Made by a program: the position numbers and the translations under genes. From contig CBDBLO010000002.1 of assembly GCA_965207075.1 (NCBI GenBank), forward strand, positions 1,760,001 through 1,824,000: a DNA stretch of 64,000 bases, in the 5' to 3' direction. Under the pieces are notes generated by a model, which saw nothing but the letters and a program-made list of their open reading frames with translations, was not told where the DNA came from and searched no databases. How positions within the stretch are numbered: position 1 is the first letter of the stretch; each line of letters starts with the position of its first letter. This document shows positions 9,929 through 20,145 of this stretch, in pieces. Source of the stretch: Nitrosopumilus sp. GTDB taxonomy: Archaea; Thermoproteota; Nitrososphaeria; Nitrososphaerales; Nitrosopumilaceae.

Positions 9929-10627
9929 ATGTTAAGTGACACTGAAGCAATATCTTTGTCAAAATCACTATACACCATATTAAAAGTTGAAAAGTGTTTT
10001 ACAAAAAATGATTTTATAGAACGTTATGGAAATCAACTAATACGGATTGAGAAGCAATTCAACAATTTAAATCGTAAACTTGCAATTGTACGTTGCCACA
10101 TAGAAGAATACCGACAGCTACATAATGAAAAGACTCCGAATGAGCCTCAAATGACTCAATCGGACGTTTTTATTGAATTGACTACATTGTATTGTAGTTT
10201 TGGTTTAGCACACTATGAACTCTTGAAACGGTTTTTCATTGCAACATTAGATTTAGAACATTTGAGCGCAATAGCAAAAACTAAGATAAGAAAACCTCCC
10301 ACATTTGGTGGGATTATTAATACATTCAAAGGTTTGCCAAATTATAATGATAAAATGGCCGAAATGTTAGATAAGGATTTTCGTAATGCTTTGGCGCATG
10401 ATAGCTGGTACTTGGGAAGCAACGAAATGAAATATCTCGTAAATGATAAATTAGTTCAAATTCCATTCCTGAAAATCCCACAAAAAATCAAAATCATAGG
10501 AAGAGCATATACAACAATTTCAGAGTGTTATACTATGGATTTTTTCCCTGAGATAGTGGACGCATATAATAAGGGATTGAAAAATGAAATTCAGAAAATT
10601 ACCCCATTATTTGGAATGAACGATTAA
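9929..10627 (+). CDS. AT-rich hypothetical protein with HEPN-like Rx4H motif
   Basis: FRNALAH near the C-terminus, preceded by PTFGGII; markedly low GC. Confidence 0.55.
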   Translation: MLSDTEAISLSKSLYTILKVEKCFTKNDFIERYGNQLIRIEKQFNNLNRKLAIVRCHIEEYRQLHNEKTPNEPQMTQSDVFIELTTLYCSFGLAHYELLKRFFIATLDLEHLSAIAKTKIRKPPTFGGIINTFKGLPNYNDKMAEMLDKDFRNALAHDSWYLGSNEMKYLVNDKLVQIPFLKIPQKIKIIGRAYTTISECYTMDFFPEIVDAYNKGLKNEIQKITPLFGMND

Positions 10628-10735
10628 TAATTTTTGCAATCGATTTGCGGGGTTTATTTATGGTATTACATACCTCGTTCAGTAACTGCGTTAAAACAAA
10701 AACAATGGATGTCTTAACACTAAGTCCTCTTTCTA

Positions 10736-13700
10736 TTAGTACTTTTTTGTCAGCTTTTTGTATGCTGCATGTGAGAGCGCCAACAAGATCGTTGCAATTC
10801 CTATAACCTGCCACTGCGGTTCATCGGCCCGCGATGCGTTAGACGTATGTAGCGTGCCAACTGCGCCGCGAGCCGCCCCACCCCACTCGTTGTACAGTGT
10901 GATCTCCAAGGCAGTGTCGGGTTGAAACAACACAGTGCATCCTATGGGACATGGTTGTTCCAAACGCGTGCCGTTTATCTCCACATGTTTGACTATACCA
11001 AAGTTTTCAGGTTGTTCTATGATTATCCTACCGGACTCCCTTGTGACGTCTACTGGGTTGTCTTTTTGGGCGTTAATGCGGATCGTTTCATTCCCTCCAA
11101 ACGAGTAGTACTTGTGGTGAATGACGTGCTCGTCGGAGCCGTTTATTGTGATGTACAGAGACATCGGAGCCAGTACACTTAGCCCCAGATCGTACGGAGC
11201 GGTGAGGCGGAGCGCCTCGGGATGCTCTGCCAGCTCGTGGATGTCCGTCAGCCTGCCGCTGAACGGCAGACCTGTGGCGTTCTGGATGGCAATATCATCA
11301 AAGTGTACTGACGTACGCAGTATTGTGACGTTGATTACGCCGTCGGATGTGCGCCACTCCTGTGTCATTGGGTGCGTATCGTTCAGGATAGTCTGTGCTA
11401 TAGTCGAATCACCTGTATCCCACGTTATCTTGTCGCGTATGTAGTCCGCCAAGTATTCGGCCCCGAGCTCCGCATATGGCATCACCCGCAACGTGATGTC
11501 ATCCGTAGTCTGGACGGCGCCTGTGTGGTCGACTGACTGTACCGTGACATGTTTTGTAAACGGCATTTCCGGATAGCGCATCGTCGTCTCGTACAGCAGA
11601 GTGTTCCTGCTTGCAAAGTCGTGGCTGTAGACCTGCAGGTGCGAGGTGACGTTCTCGTTGACTGCCGCCTTCGCAACCGTAGCGGCACTTGCTGACTCCC
11701 CCGTTGCAGTCTGATTATACACAGAGAACACCCACTCGGACACGGGCCACTCAAACAGAACTGTGCCGTGCCCGTTCTGCACAAACATGGCAGTCTGCGT
11801 GTCCTGCACGTGCTCCAGCGCGGTGTGGCCGGGCGAGGAATTGCGGCCCGTGCCGAGCACATGGTCCTGTCCAAAGTGGTTGTAGGTGGATGGGTCGTGT
11901 CCCCCTCCCGTTCCGTTCCACCCGTTGATGAACGAGCGGCGCATCGGGTGCAGTACATCGTCCTGCCAGCTCCCGCCGTACCTCATGGCGATCCCGTGCC
12001 GATCGTCAAATGCGTACTCGCGGGCGTCCGCAAGCACGGGATACGAATACACCGTTTCGTAGGACGGCTCGTACGGCACGACCTCGGCCTCGGTGGAGTT
12101 CACCGCGCCTGCGACCTGTTTGCCGAGGTTGTAGGCGGTCATGTTGTAGACGAATTCATAGGTGTCGAAACCGTGCGACATGCCGGTAGCCCGGACAGTC
12201 AGTCCGTCGCCGTTGCCAAACCACAGACTTTCGGCCAACCACGGCGGCGAGTCTACTTTGACCACATGTTCGCACGGCGGTACTGCCGCATGCGGGGTGG
12301 GCGTGGCAGTGCCGTTCCCGTCAGCTGGCGGCGGCGGTGGTGACGGAGGGCAATCAAACTCGTCAATCACCGGGAGTGTAACGGGGGGCAGGCGGTGCGT
12401 CTCGAAGCTGACGTGCGCGCTGCGCTCGTCCTTCCACTTCCACGACGGCTCGTGCCGCACATATATCGGATCCTCATAGTAGTAGGTGCCGTCCAGATTC
12501 TTGGCGTCATATCCCTCTACATGGTGCAGCGGTGGCTTTGTCAGTATGATTAGCAGCTCGCCGTCCTGCAGCGGCGGTCCCGCGTCCCTACTCACCTCCT
12601 CCAGCCCCCTCACCGGTATGTCGTTCGCGTAATGGTGCGGCGTCCAGTAGTGGCCGGACGCCGTAAGTTCCAGTTTCGCGCCGTCCGTCGCGGGCCCTGC
12701 GCACGCGTCGCCGCCGGCCGGCGCCTCGTACGCCTCTGGGTGCATGCCGGGCGGCGCCGTGTCTATGGTAAACGCATACGAGCGGTTTGACAGCAGGTGC
12801 GCCCAGGAACCCGCCGGATACCCGGGTGGTGGCGGTGGCCCCGCGCGGCCTCTGTCCCCATCCCGTATATCGTACGGCGGCAGCCGCTTGTGCCACGCGT
12901 CCAGCACGGCGCCGTACGCGCCGACTACATCCGAGACGCACACGCCTCGTTCGGGCCGCACCTCGGCCGTCCCGTACACGCAGCCGGATCTCGCGCCCAG
13001 CCCGTCGCACGCCTCCCGCACGCGCTCCTCGAACCACTCCGCACTCCCGGGGTCGGCCGGCGTCCTGGTGAGGTGGGCATGCGGCGCGTCCGCGCCGGTA
13101 GTGATCCCCCAGCCGTGCGTCGTGGTGTAGAATATGCCGCCGCCGTAGGGCCTCATGTGCGGAGGGGCACTGGGCAGGCCGGCCGTGGTGTCGTTCAGCT
13201 TCTGGTCCTCCGGGATGATGCCGCCCTTGATGTTGCCTCCCTTGTATTTGGCCCACGGGCAGTACGGCAGGTCCTGCGCGTGCTTCGACCTTGCGTCAAT
13301 CCTGTCGGTCCACCACCCCCAGGCCGGCTCGCCCCCGTACCCCTTGGACTTGAGCGTCTTTTCAAACTCCGTCAGCCTGTCCGTATCCTTTGTGAGGAAT
13401 ATCCTGTCGTACACGACCCACTTGTCATACCTCCACGTACGGGACTCGCCGGGCTTTGCGAACATCTCCTTGCACGAGGCCACCGCCCTGCCCGCGTAAA
13501 AGTCCGTGCTGGCCAAGAACGCCACGGACGGGTCGAGGTCCCTGTGCTCGAGGGGCGCGCGGCGGTCCTCGCGGCCGTTGGAGTCGACCCACACTGCGCG
13601 GTGGTCCAGCTGCAGGCGGCTCGTCTCGAGGAGCGGGGCGCGGACGGAGCAGCCGGCGGGGTCGTCTGACCGCTCGGACCACCGGAACACGTAGTAGAAC

Positions 13701-13873
13701 GCGTCCCCCGGGTAGTACGTGTTATCTGGGTTCTGCCGCGGCTCTCCCAGATATGTAACTGGATACGTCGAGCCGCTCACGTGAAATATACAGTCGGTGG
13801 CGGAGTGGTCCGCCCAGACGACTGCATCCTGTGCGGCGCACGATGCCGCGATGACTGCGGCCACCATTATCAT
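10736..13873 (-). CDS. Large secreted/membrane-anchored protein
   Basis: >1000-aa ORF; hydrophobic N-terminal signal, C-terminal TM segment followed by KKLTKKY; YYPGD / YYYED repeat motifs; start estimated. Confidence 0.7.
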   Translation of the reverse strand: MIMVAAVIAASCAAQDAVVWADHSATDCIFHVSGSTYPVTYLGEPRQNPDNTYYPGDAFYYVFRWSERSDDPAGCSVRAPLLETSRLQLDHRAVWVDSNGREDRRAPLEHRDLDPSVAFLASTDFYAGRAVASCKEMFAKPGESRTWRYDKWVVYDRIFLTKDTDRLTEFEKTLKSKGYGGEPAWGWWTDRIDARSKHAQDLPYCPWAKYKGGNIKGGIIPEDQKLNDTTAGLPSAPPHMRPYGGGIFYTTTHGWGITTGADAPHAHLTRTPADPGSAEWFEERVREACDGLGARSGCVYGTAEVRPERGVCVSDVVGAYGAVLDAWHKRLPPYDIRDGDRGRAGPPPPPGYPAGSWAHLLSNRSYAFTIDTAPPGMHPEAYEAPAGGDACAGPATDGAKLELTASGHYWTPHHYANDIPVRGLEEVSRDAGPPLQDGELLIILTKPPLHHVEGYDAKNLDGTYYYEDPIYVRHEPSWKWKDERSAHVSFETHRLPPVTLPVIDEFDCPPSPPPPPADGNGTATPTPHAAVPPCEHVVKVDSPPWLAESLWFGNGDGLTVRATGMSHGFDTYEFVYNMTAYNLGKQVAGAVNSTEAEVVPYEPSYETVYSYPVLADAREYAFDDRHGIAMRYGGSWQDDVLHPMRRSFINGWNGTGGGHDPSTYNHFGQDHVLGTGRNSSPGHTALEHVQDTQTAMFVQNGHGTVLFEWPVSEWVFSVYNQTATGESASAATVAKAAVNENVTSHLQVYSHDFASRNTLLYETTMRYPEMPFTKHVTVQSVDHTGAVQTTDDITLRVMPYAELGAEYLADYIRDKITWDTGDSTIAQTILNDTHPMTQEWRTSDGVINVTILRTSVHFDDIAIQNATGLPFSGRLTDIHELAEHPEALRLTAPYDLGLSVLAPMSLYITINGSDEHVIHHKYYSFGGNETIRINAQKDNPVDVTRESGRIIIEQPENFGIVKHVEINGTRLEQPCPIGCTVLFQPDTALEITLYNEWGGAARGAVGTLHTSNASRADEPQWQVIGIATILLALSHAAYKKLTKKY

Positions 13874-14133
13874 GATGACGGCATGGCGCAGGCCGCGCGG
13901 CGCGCGCTGTGCGGCATGCCCCGCCCCGCCGGTGCGCGGCATGCCCGTCACCACCGGCCCCGCTTCCCGGCAAGGAAGGACAGGCGCAGCCGTCCGGCCC
14001 GGCCGCCGTCTGCCGCCACCGATGCACCTGCGCGGACCGCGTCCATATCTGCCGTTTTTTCGCACCCCCATCATCGCCACCACCACCGGCAACCGCTTTT
14101 AAGCAGGATGCGCGCCCTGCCCCCAGGTGCGCG

Positions 14134-14304
14134 CTACCGGCGCCTGGCCCGGCGGCGCAGCCGCAGGCCGCAGCACGGGCACGCGGGCTCGTCCCTGACC
14201 ATCCAGACGCCACACTGCTGACAGCGCACCTGGCCCGCCGCGTACCGCTTCAGCCTGCCCGGCTTGCTCACCCGGTGTCGGTCGCACGTCCCGCGGCAGG
14301 GCAT
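14134..14304 (-). CDS. Small zinc-finger protein
   Basis: CRGTC...RCQQC...CPCCGLRLR pattern, typical of small thaumarchaeal Zn-ribbon proteins. Confidence 0.6.
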   Translation of the reverse strand: MPCRGTCDRHRVSKPGRLKRYAAGQVRCQQCGVWMVRDEPACPCCGLRLRRRARRR

Positions 14305-15123
14305 TATCGGATGCACGCCTCCCCGACGCGTGCGTCGGCGTAAAAAAACTGCATCCCGTGACAACGACTATCCCGCATCGCCAGTATCATGACAATCGTC
14401 CCGTCCTCACGGTGTCCCCCCATGACGCGCTCGTACCCGAGCGCGTCCTCCGGCCCGATCCCGGCCGCCGCTGCCGTATCAACTGGCATTCCCTGCCGCC
14501 TCCCCGCGGTTGTTGCCGTCCCGCCGCCGGACCGCCGTCCTTGGCGAACCGTGGCCGCCGTTGTAAGAGTACATGGCCCCCGGCGGGGCGGGTGTCGCGT
14601 CGCGGCCGCGCATCTCCCTTCGCGCCGCGCACGCCAGCATGATGTGGTGTCCGCAATAGCTTGGTTCGTGCGGCCGCCGCATCGCCCCGGCAGCAGGGCC
14701 GGCGGCCCCGGCATCATCCCGATCGCGGCCCGCACCGCGTCTTTCCGATTTGCCGTCGTTGCCATTATCATCATCATCTCTGCCAAAACCCCTCTTCCGG
14801 TTCCCCCTTCGTGCGCACTCTGGCCTCCCGCGGAGCTCCGGGTCCACGAACTGTGCCGTGCATGTCATCGCGGGCTCCGTCCCGCTGTCCGGGCGGCAGG
14901 CGATCCCCCCACGAACCTCAGTCCCGGCCAGGACCGTCCCCCATTTCTCCATGCAACAGCATTACCGTCAATTTTGTATTTATCCTTTATGATAAATATG
15001 TTGTAAGAGGGAGTTGGCAGGCGCCGTCCAGGGCGGCGCGGCCGGCATGCGGCAGGAGTCCCGCTGTAAATGTATCATAAGTATAACATAAACAATAAAA
15101 ACAACATATGCTTGTGGTACAAC

Positions 15124-15510
15124 ATGGGAAAGGAAGACTGGAAGACGGTCAACGTGAAGAAGGCCATGATGGACGAGGTCGAGAGGATGCTGCGGACAGA
15201 CGCGGTAAGGAAGGACGGGATAACGAACATGTCCCAGTTCGTGGACCTGGCGCTCCGCGAAAAGATCGAGAGGCTCGAGCGCACGCGGTTTGAGCACATC
15301 AACATGTACGAGGACCACGTGAAGATACTGGACAACAAGCTTGGGCGAGCGGGCAGGATCCTGTCCGTGTATTTTCGAGACACGCGGGCGTGGTGCGAGT
15401 ACTGCGACGAGCATATGTGCGTCCACATACAGTACGCGTGGGAGATCCCGGACGTCAGGGAGGTCCTGGCCGCGCGCAAGATTGCACCGCCCCCCTCCAG
15501 GGCGGGCTGA
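15124..15510 (+). CDS. RHH-like regulator with C-terminal Zn-binding (CxxC-x4-CxH) domain
   Basis: WKTVNVKKAMMDEV...NMSQFVDLALREKI, then WCEYCDEHMCVH; AT-rich promoter upstream. Confidence 0.65.
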   Translation: MGKEDWKTVNVKKAMMDEVERMLRTDAVRKDGITNMSQFVDLALREKIERLERTRFEHINMYEDHVKILDNKLGRAGRILSVYFRDTRAWCEYCDEHMCVHIQYAWEIPDVREVLAARKIAPPPSRAG

Positions 15511-15711
15511 CGGGCCGCCGCGAGAAGGATGGGCGAGTTGGCTGCCGGCTGCAGTCTGGCAAGTGGGAACGGCACGGGGCATGGACAAAACTCGGGCCTG
15601 CCTCCGGCGCGCCGCAGCATGTGTTTGCAGAGGGGGATGTGTCCGCGCCGCGGGCCAAGCCGGCGCACGGATATTGATATATCGCCTGCCGTGCACGTGT
15701 ATTTGGCGGCA

Positions 15712-16620
15712 ATGGACATAGCATACCTGACGGCGCACCAGTACCGGAAGCACCCCGAGTTTCATGGCATCGGCGAGTTGGTCATGAGATATCTGAACCG
15801 GCCGGGCGACCGGATTCCCGACGCCCGCCGCGGCGTGGATCCGCGGAACCTCGATTTCCTCGACAAGCCGGTCTGGCACAACAAGACGGATCTCGACGTA
15901 TTTGTCGCAAAGGAACTGGGGCTGAACATCGAGGACTATTCGTATGATCAGAGCGGCGGCAAGCACGGGAACTCGTTTTACAACGCGACCGTGGGCGTGA
16001 TCCGGGATCTGCGCGTGAACGGCGTCATAGTTGACCTGCTGACGGACGTGCCGAACACGCAGAAGGGTGTCTGGCGGCTGAACACCGTGAGCGCCGTCAG
16101 GTTTGAAGAGGAGATGGCGAGCCGGGAGATGAAGGCTGGGAATTTTCACTGCCGCGGAAAGGAGGGTACCACGTTTGTCAGGAGCAAGCAGGGGATGTTC
16201 AAAAGAATACTGCTGGAGCAATACGGGTACTGCCTGTTCTGCCGGTTCGACCTGCAGAGGTGGATGACCGGCGCCCACATCGTGCCGTTTAAGGTAATGA
16301 GAATCAAGGATCCCGATAACTCGATGAACCCCGCGAACGGCCTGCTGCTTTGCAAATTATGCGATGTGGCGTTCGAGGACGGCTACATACTGGTGGAGGG
16401 GGATTACGGCGTTACTGTTACGGACCTGCTGCGGGAGAACAGAAACCCGGCGGTCCGGGGGTGGGTGGAGCGCATAGTTCCCGAGATGCGCATAGACGAT
16501 GGTGTCAAGTACCGGCCCGGTGCAGAATATCTGAAGAGGAAGAAGAGGATCGTACTGGGGGGCGGACACCGATACAATGTCTTCGGTTATCGTGGGCGCG
16601 GAGGAGGACGCCTCGGGTGA
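15712..16620 (+). CDS. HNH endonuclease with N-terminal wHTH (Mrr_N-like) domain
   Basis: RSKQGMFKR..CLFC..GAHIVPF..NGLLLCKLCDVAFEDG (HNH_2 type); N-terminal ...KGVWRL. Confidence 0.8.
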   Translation: MDIAYLTAHQYRKHPEFHGIGELVMRYLNRPGDRIPDARRGVDPRNLDFLDKPVWHNKTDLDVFVAKELGLNIEDYSYDQSGGKHGNSFYNATVGVIRDLRVNGVIVDLLTDVPNTQKGVWRLNTVSAVRFEEEMASREMKAGNFHCRGKEGTTFVRSKQGMFKRILLEQYGYCLFCRFDLQRWMTGAHIVPFKVMRIKDPDNSMNPANGLLLCKLCDVAFEDGYILVEGDYGVTVTDLLRENRNPAVRGWVERIVPEMRIDDGVKYRPGAEYLKRKKRIVLGGGHRYNVFGYRGRGGGRLG

Positions 16621-16828
16621 GGATAATGGCGCAAACGCGCCGCCGGCGGCGGTGGACGCGCGGCCCGCGACCGTTTCCGAACTCGCGGCCGGCCAGGCGT
16701 CCTTGCCGGAGTGGGTAAAGATCAGCGCTGGGTGGTGGGCCGAGGGCGCCATTGACGACGACACGTTTGTGCGGTCCATACAGTTCCTCGTACAGAGCGG
16801 GGTCATAGTTGTCACTGAGTCCGAATGA
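16577..16828 (+). pseudogene. Fragment of a surface protein carrying the thaumarchaeal 'PEWVK.SAGWWAEG' module
   Basis: Same module as in 52060-53028 and 59239-60756, but with no signal peptide or main body; overlaps the HNH 3' end. Confidence 0.55.
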
Positions 16829-16945
16829 CGGTGACGGGCGCGCTGTTCCAGGCCTGTTGATGTACTGTTTGAGCGGCTTGATCTCCCATTGACGTACAAT
16901 CAGGGAATAATACTCGGCCGTGGAAAAACCAACCCTGGTGGATTC

Positions 16946-16981
16946 AAGTCGACAAAGTCGACAAAGTCGACAAAGTCGACA
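16946..16981 (+). repeat. 4 x 9-bp tandem repeat AAGTCGACA
   Basis: Read directly. Confidence 0.95.
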
Positions 16982-16997
16982 ACATTGTGGACTCTTG

Positions 16998-17041
<44 letters not shown>

Positions 17042-17044
17042 AAG

Positions 17045-17364
17045 TCAGCAAAGTCGTCATACCGACGACTTTGCTGAGCCTGTGCCTAGAGCCCCCCTAG
17101 GGTCGGCGGAGCCGACTGAGCCGATAAGATGGACAAGTGCCCGCCCTGGGCGGAGCCCAGGGCGGGCCTCTGGACATGCCCAACCCGGGTAGCTGGCGCG
17201 CGAGAACATTGAATGACAACCGCGCGCCTGAAAGAGTGGAGGCTGTGAGATACCTGAGAGATTGACAGCTGAATGCGGGCGCCTGCTGGCTGAGGGAGAC
17301 AATGGAGCGACCTCGGAGGGAACCGACGAGGGCGCTGAGCCCCCTCGGAGGGAACCGACGAGGG
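17045..17364. other. Cluster of perfect hairpins and a 22-bp direct repeat (candidate oriT/origin)
   Basis: 14-bp stem 17045-17077; 6-bp stem 17102-17116 and 13-bp stem 17139-17167, both with GGA loops; direct repeat 17311-17332 / 17343-17364. Confidence 0.55.
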
Positions 17365-17571
17365 GGCGAGAAATGCCCCAATCTCCACAACGCGCAACAT
17401 TGCGCCGACGGGCCGGTTCCGCGGCGCGCCCACGATGAATGCCAGCTTGGAGGGCGGGAGCGCGGCGCTTCGAGGTGACCCCCCATGTGGAATGTGTCGT
17501 GAGAGGAGCTGGCCGTCGTTCAGGGGTTGTGTTATGTGCGAGGGGGACAGCAGATAAATGCCATCAGCCCA

Positions 17572-17837
17572 CGAGCGCGCTTCACATGCTTAGCGCGCGT
17601 GCCGCGAGCGCGCTTCACATGCTTAGCGCGCGTGCCGCGAGCGCGCTTCACATGCTTAGCGCGCGTGCCGCGAGCGCGCTTCACATGCTTAGCGCGCGTG
17701 CCGCGAGCGCGCTTCACATGCTTAGCGCGCGTGCCGCGAGCGCGCTTCACATGCTTAGCGCGCCACAACGGGCCGCGAGCGCGCTTCACATGCTTAGCGC
17801 GCGTGCCGCGAGCGCGCTTCACATGCTTAGCGCGCGT
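17572..17837. repeat. 8-copy 33-bp tandem array with an internally palindromic unit
   Basis: Core CGAGCGCGCTTCACATGCTTAGCGCGC starts at 17572, 17605, 17638, 17671, 17704, 17737, 17776 and 17809. Confidence 0.95.
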
Positions 17838-17870
17838 TTTCCCCTTAAGTGGATCCGGGGCATTGAGTCC

Positions 17871-18182
17871 ATGGAAAAAGACGTAATCGAGCGCAGGGTG
17901 CACATGAGGAGAAGCTCCTTCATACTGACGATCCCGCAGGACATAGTAAGAAAGGCGGGGATCAGCAACGGCCAGAGTGTCAGGTTCGAGATCAGGGACG
18001 GGAAGATTGTAATCAGCCCCACGGACGTCGTGGGTAGCGGCGGCGCTGCGGACCCAGAGGGCCTCGACCCGTACAAGAAGGCCATAACCGACATGATGGC
18101 AAAGGGCGCCAAGTCCGAAGGATCCGCGGGCCCGAGGAGAGCGTCAGGGAAAAGCAAGCTGGAACGCCTCAGGCTCAAGTGA
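17871..18182 (+). CDS. AbrB/MazE/SpoVT-family DNA-binding protein
   Basis: SSFILTIPQDIVRKAGISNGQSVRFEIRDGKIVISP is the classic AbrB pattern. Confidence 0.85.
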   Translation: MEKDVIERRVHMRRSSFILTIPQDIVRKAGISNGQSVRFEIRDGKIVISPTDVVGSGGAADPEGLDPYKKAITDMMAKGAKSEGSAGPRRASGKSKLERLRLK

Positions 18183-20091
18183 CCGTAACCAGAACCCCGC
18201 GCTTCTCCTCGTCTGAGAGGTGGTCGTAGATCTGCTGCACCTTCGGGCTCTTGGACCACACGTGGCACTGCCCGAACCCCATGTCCCGCCACTTTACCAT
18301 GTTGTACCGGACGTGCTCGGGGTGGCTCTGCACCTCGACCACCGACTCGATCTCCACGCTTATGGGCGTGCCATTGCCATAGTCGTACGCCACCAGGTCG
18401 GTCCTGTCGCGGCCCTTTGTCACCTTTTGGGACGCCACCGCCACGAACATCCCCAGCTCAAGGTAGCTGTAAAACACGCGCCGCGTCAGGTCGTCGATCT
18501 CGGCGGCGGAGCCGACCTCGTCGAACCGGGGCTCAAAGTATGCGGACCTGGCCTCCGGCGTCAGCTCGTACCTTGAGAGGCGGTTTCCGGGATCGGTCTT
18601 TCTGACGAGCCTGTCTGCCTGCATCTTTTTGAGGACGTCGAGCACCTCGGATCTGTTTGACACCGGCAGTTGCGACACCATCTCCACCTGCTGCAGCGGC
18701 TTGTCTAGAAGCATGACCATTATCCTCCACTCCATGTGCGTCGGGAACCGCACCGTTATGCTCTCAAGCCACTTGTTGCGGGCCGCGATCGTCTGCCTGA
18801 CCATGGTATCCTCCACCGTGCCGCGGCCGTACTTTGCAAGCTGGGCGGCCAGGAACTCGTCATACGCGGCGGCAGACACCAGCAGCTCGGGCGGCGCACC
18901 CAGCCAGAACTGGACGGGCAGCGGCTGCTCCTTTCCGGGCGGAGCCTTTTCCCGTATGGACCAGTGAAAGTACTCCTGGCTTGCAAGCAGCCTGGTCAGC
19001 TCCCCCTTGAACTGGGGATCCCAGATCTGGGCCATCCTGGTGGCGTCCTTGCCGTTGACCTTGCCCACGAGCTGCGTCCCCGAGTTCCCGGTGATCAGTC
19101 CGAGCTGCGTGTCGCTTATCTGCTCTGTGGTCTGGTGGGACAGCACCAGCCCCAGCCCCAGCGACCTGGCCTGCTCAAGCATCAGCTGGAGCACCTGCAG
19201 ATCCTTTACGATCTGGAACTCGTCGAGGGCCAGCACCACCTGCGTCCTCTCCTCGCCGGACACGCGGTTTGCGCGCTCCTGGATGGCAAACCACAGCTTT
19301 AGTATGAACGCCTGCATCGCTAGGGGCTGCACGTGGTGGGGCATGTTCAGGGGCGATATGCGCACCACGGTGTACGTGCCTGGCCTGATCAGCTCCCTAA
19401 AGTCGACTGTGCCCCTCCGGACCGAGAACATCCTCTTGAGCACGGGGTCGGTCGCGAACTGCTCTATCCGGTTGAGCAGCGGGACGAACGCGTCGCCCTT
19501 GAGCGCCGCTATGCTCAGGAGCGCCTGCTCCATCTCCCGGTTCGGGGTCCCGAACGTGCTTGCTATCTGCGGCAGGGCGTCGTGCCCGCTCTCCTGCATC
19601 TTCAGTATCATGTCGTGTATGTCAAGGAAGGTGGGCGAGTCGTGCTCCATGTACACGTAGAACAGCAGGGCGCGGAATATGCGCTCCATCTGGACAAACG
19701 TGGCGGACTGCTGGTACCACTCCTCTATGGTCTTCATGAAGTATCCGACGTACCTGGACACCAGCTCCTCGCGCTCGTCATCCCGGTATGCGGGCAGCTC
19801 AAGCGGGTTGATCGAGAACCTGGTCTTCTGGGGGTCCAGGAAATGCACGAGGCCGCGCCCGACCGTGCCGGGGTCGCACTGCCTGACGAACTTGTAGGAG
19901 TCGTCGCCCTTCGGGTCGACGTAGATGAACGCGTTCTGGAACGTGCCGTTGCGGTTCCACGCCTCCAGGTGCTTTGCAAGCAGGCGGATCAGCGAGGTCT
20001 TGCCGGATCCCGAGGCGCCCACCACGTACAGGTGGTTTGCAAAGTCGGTGGGGGATATGACCGCCGCGCCTACATCCTTGGATCTTGCCAT
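18175..20091 (-). CDS. VirD4/TraD/HerA-like ATPase with C-terminal wHTH and PD-(D/E)xK-like domain
   Basis: HLYVVGASGSGKT, YVDPKGD, SINPLE, LALDEFQ, EQARSLGL..SHQ; C-terminal RTDLVAY..SVEIES. Confidence 0.85.
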   Translation of the reverse strand: MARSKDVGAAVISPTDFANHLYVVGASGSGKTSLIRLLAKHLEAWNRNGTFQNAFIYVDPKGDDSYKFVRQCDPGTVGRGLVHFLDPQKTRFSINPLELPAYRDDEREELVSRYVGYFMKTIEEWYQQSATFVQMERIFRALLFYVYMEHDSPTFLDIHDMILKMQESGHDALPQIASTFGTPNREMEQALLSIAALKGDAFVPLLNRIEQFATDPVLKRMFSVRRGTVDFRELIRPGTYTVVRISPLNMPHHVQPLAMQAFILKLWFAIQERANRVSGEERTQVVLALDEFQIVKDLQVLQLMLEQARSLGLGLVLSHQTTEQISDTQLGLITGNSGTQLVGKVNGKDATRMAQIWDPQFKGELTRLLASQEYFHWSIREKAPPGKEQPLPVQFWLGAPPELLVSAAAYDEFLAAQLAKYGRGTVEDTMVRQTIAARNKWLESITVRFPTHMEWRIMVMLLDKPLQQVEMVSQLPVSNRSEVLDVLKKMQADRLVRKTDPGNRLSRYELTPEARSAYFEPRFDEVGSAAEIDDLTRRVFYSYLELGMFVAVASQKVTKGRDRTDLVAYDYGNGTPISVEIESVVEVQSHPEHVRYNMVKWRDMGFGQCHVWSKSPKVQQIYDHLSDEEKRGVLVTVT

Positions 20092-20145
20092 CTCGCCCCA
20101 CTGGCGCCCCCTGCCCCTCTTCCGGCCTGCGGCCAAGCGCCACCA

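Noticed and set aside
14980-16278. Long antisense ORFs (this one and e.g. 37679-38887, 27904-29022)
   Set aside because: Shadow frames of real genes in GC-rich DNA, with no recognisable motifs
17572-17837. CRISPR array
   Set aside because: The units are contiguous with no unique spacers, and there are no cas genes
17439-17870. N-terminal repeat extension (SALHMLSARAA)n of the AbrB ORF, and overlapping repeat ORFs
   Set aside because: The repeat is open in several frames because it is 33 bp long; the AbrB domain starts cleanly at ATG 17871
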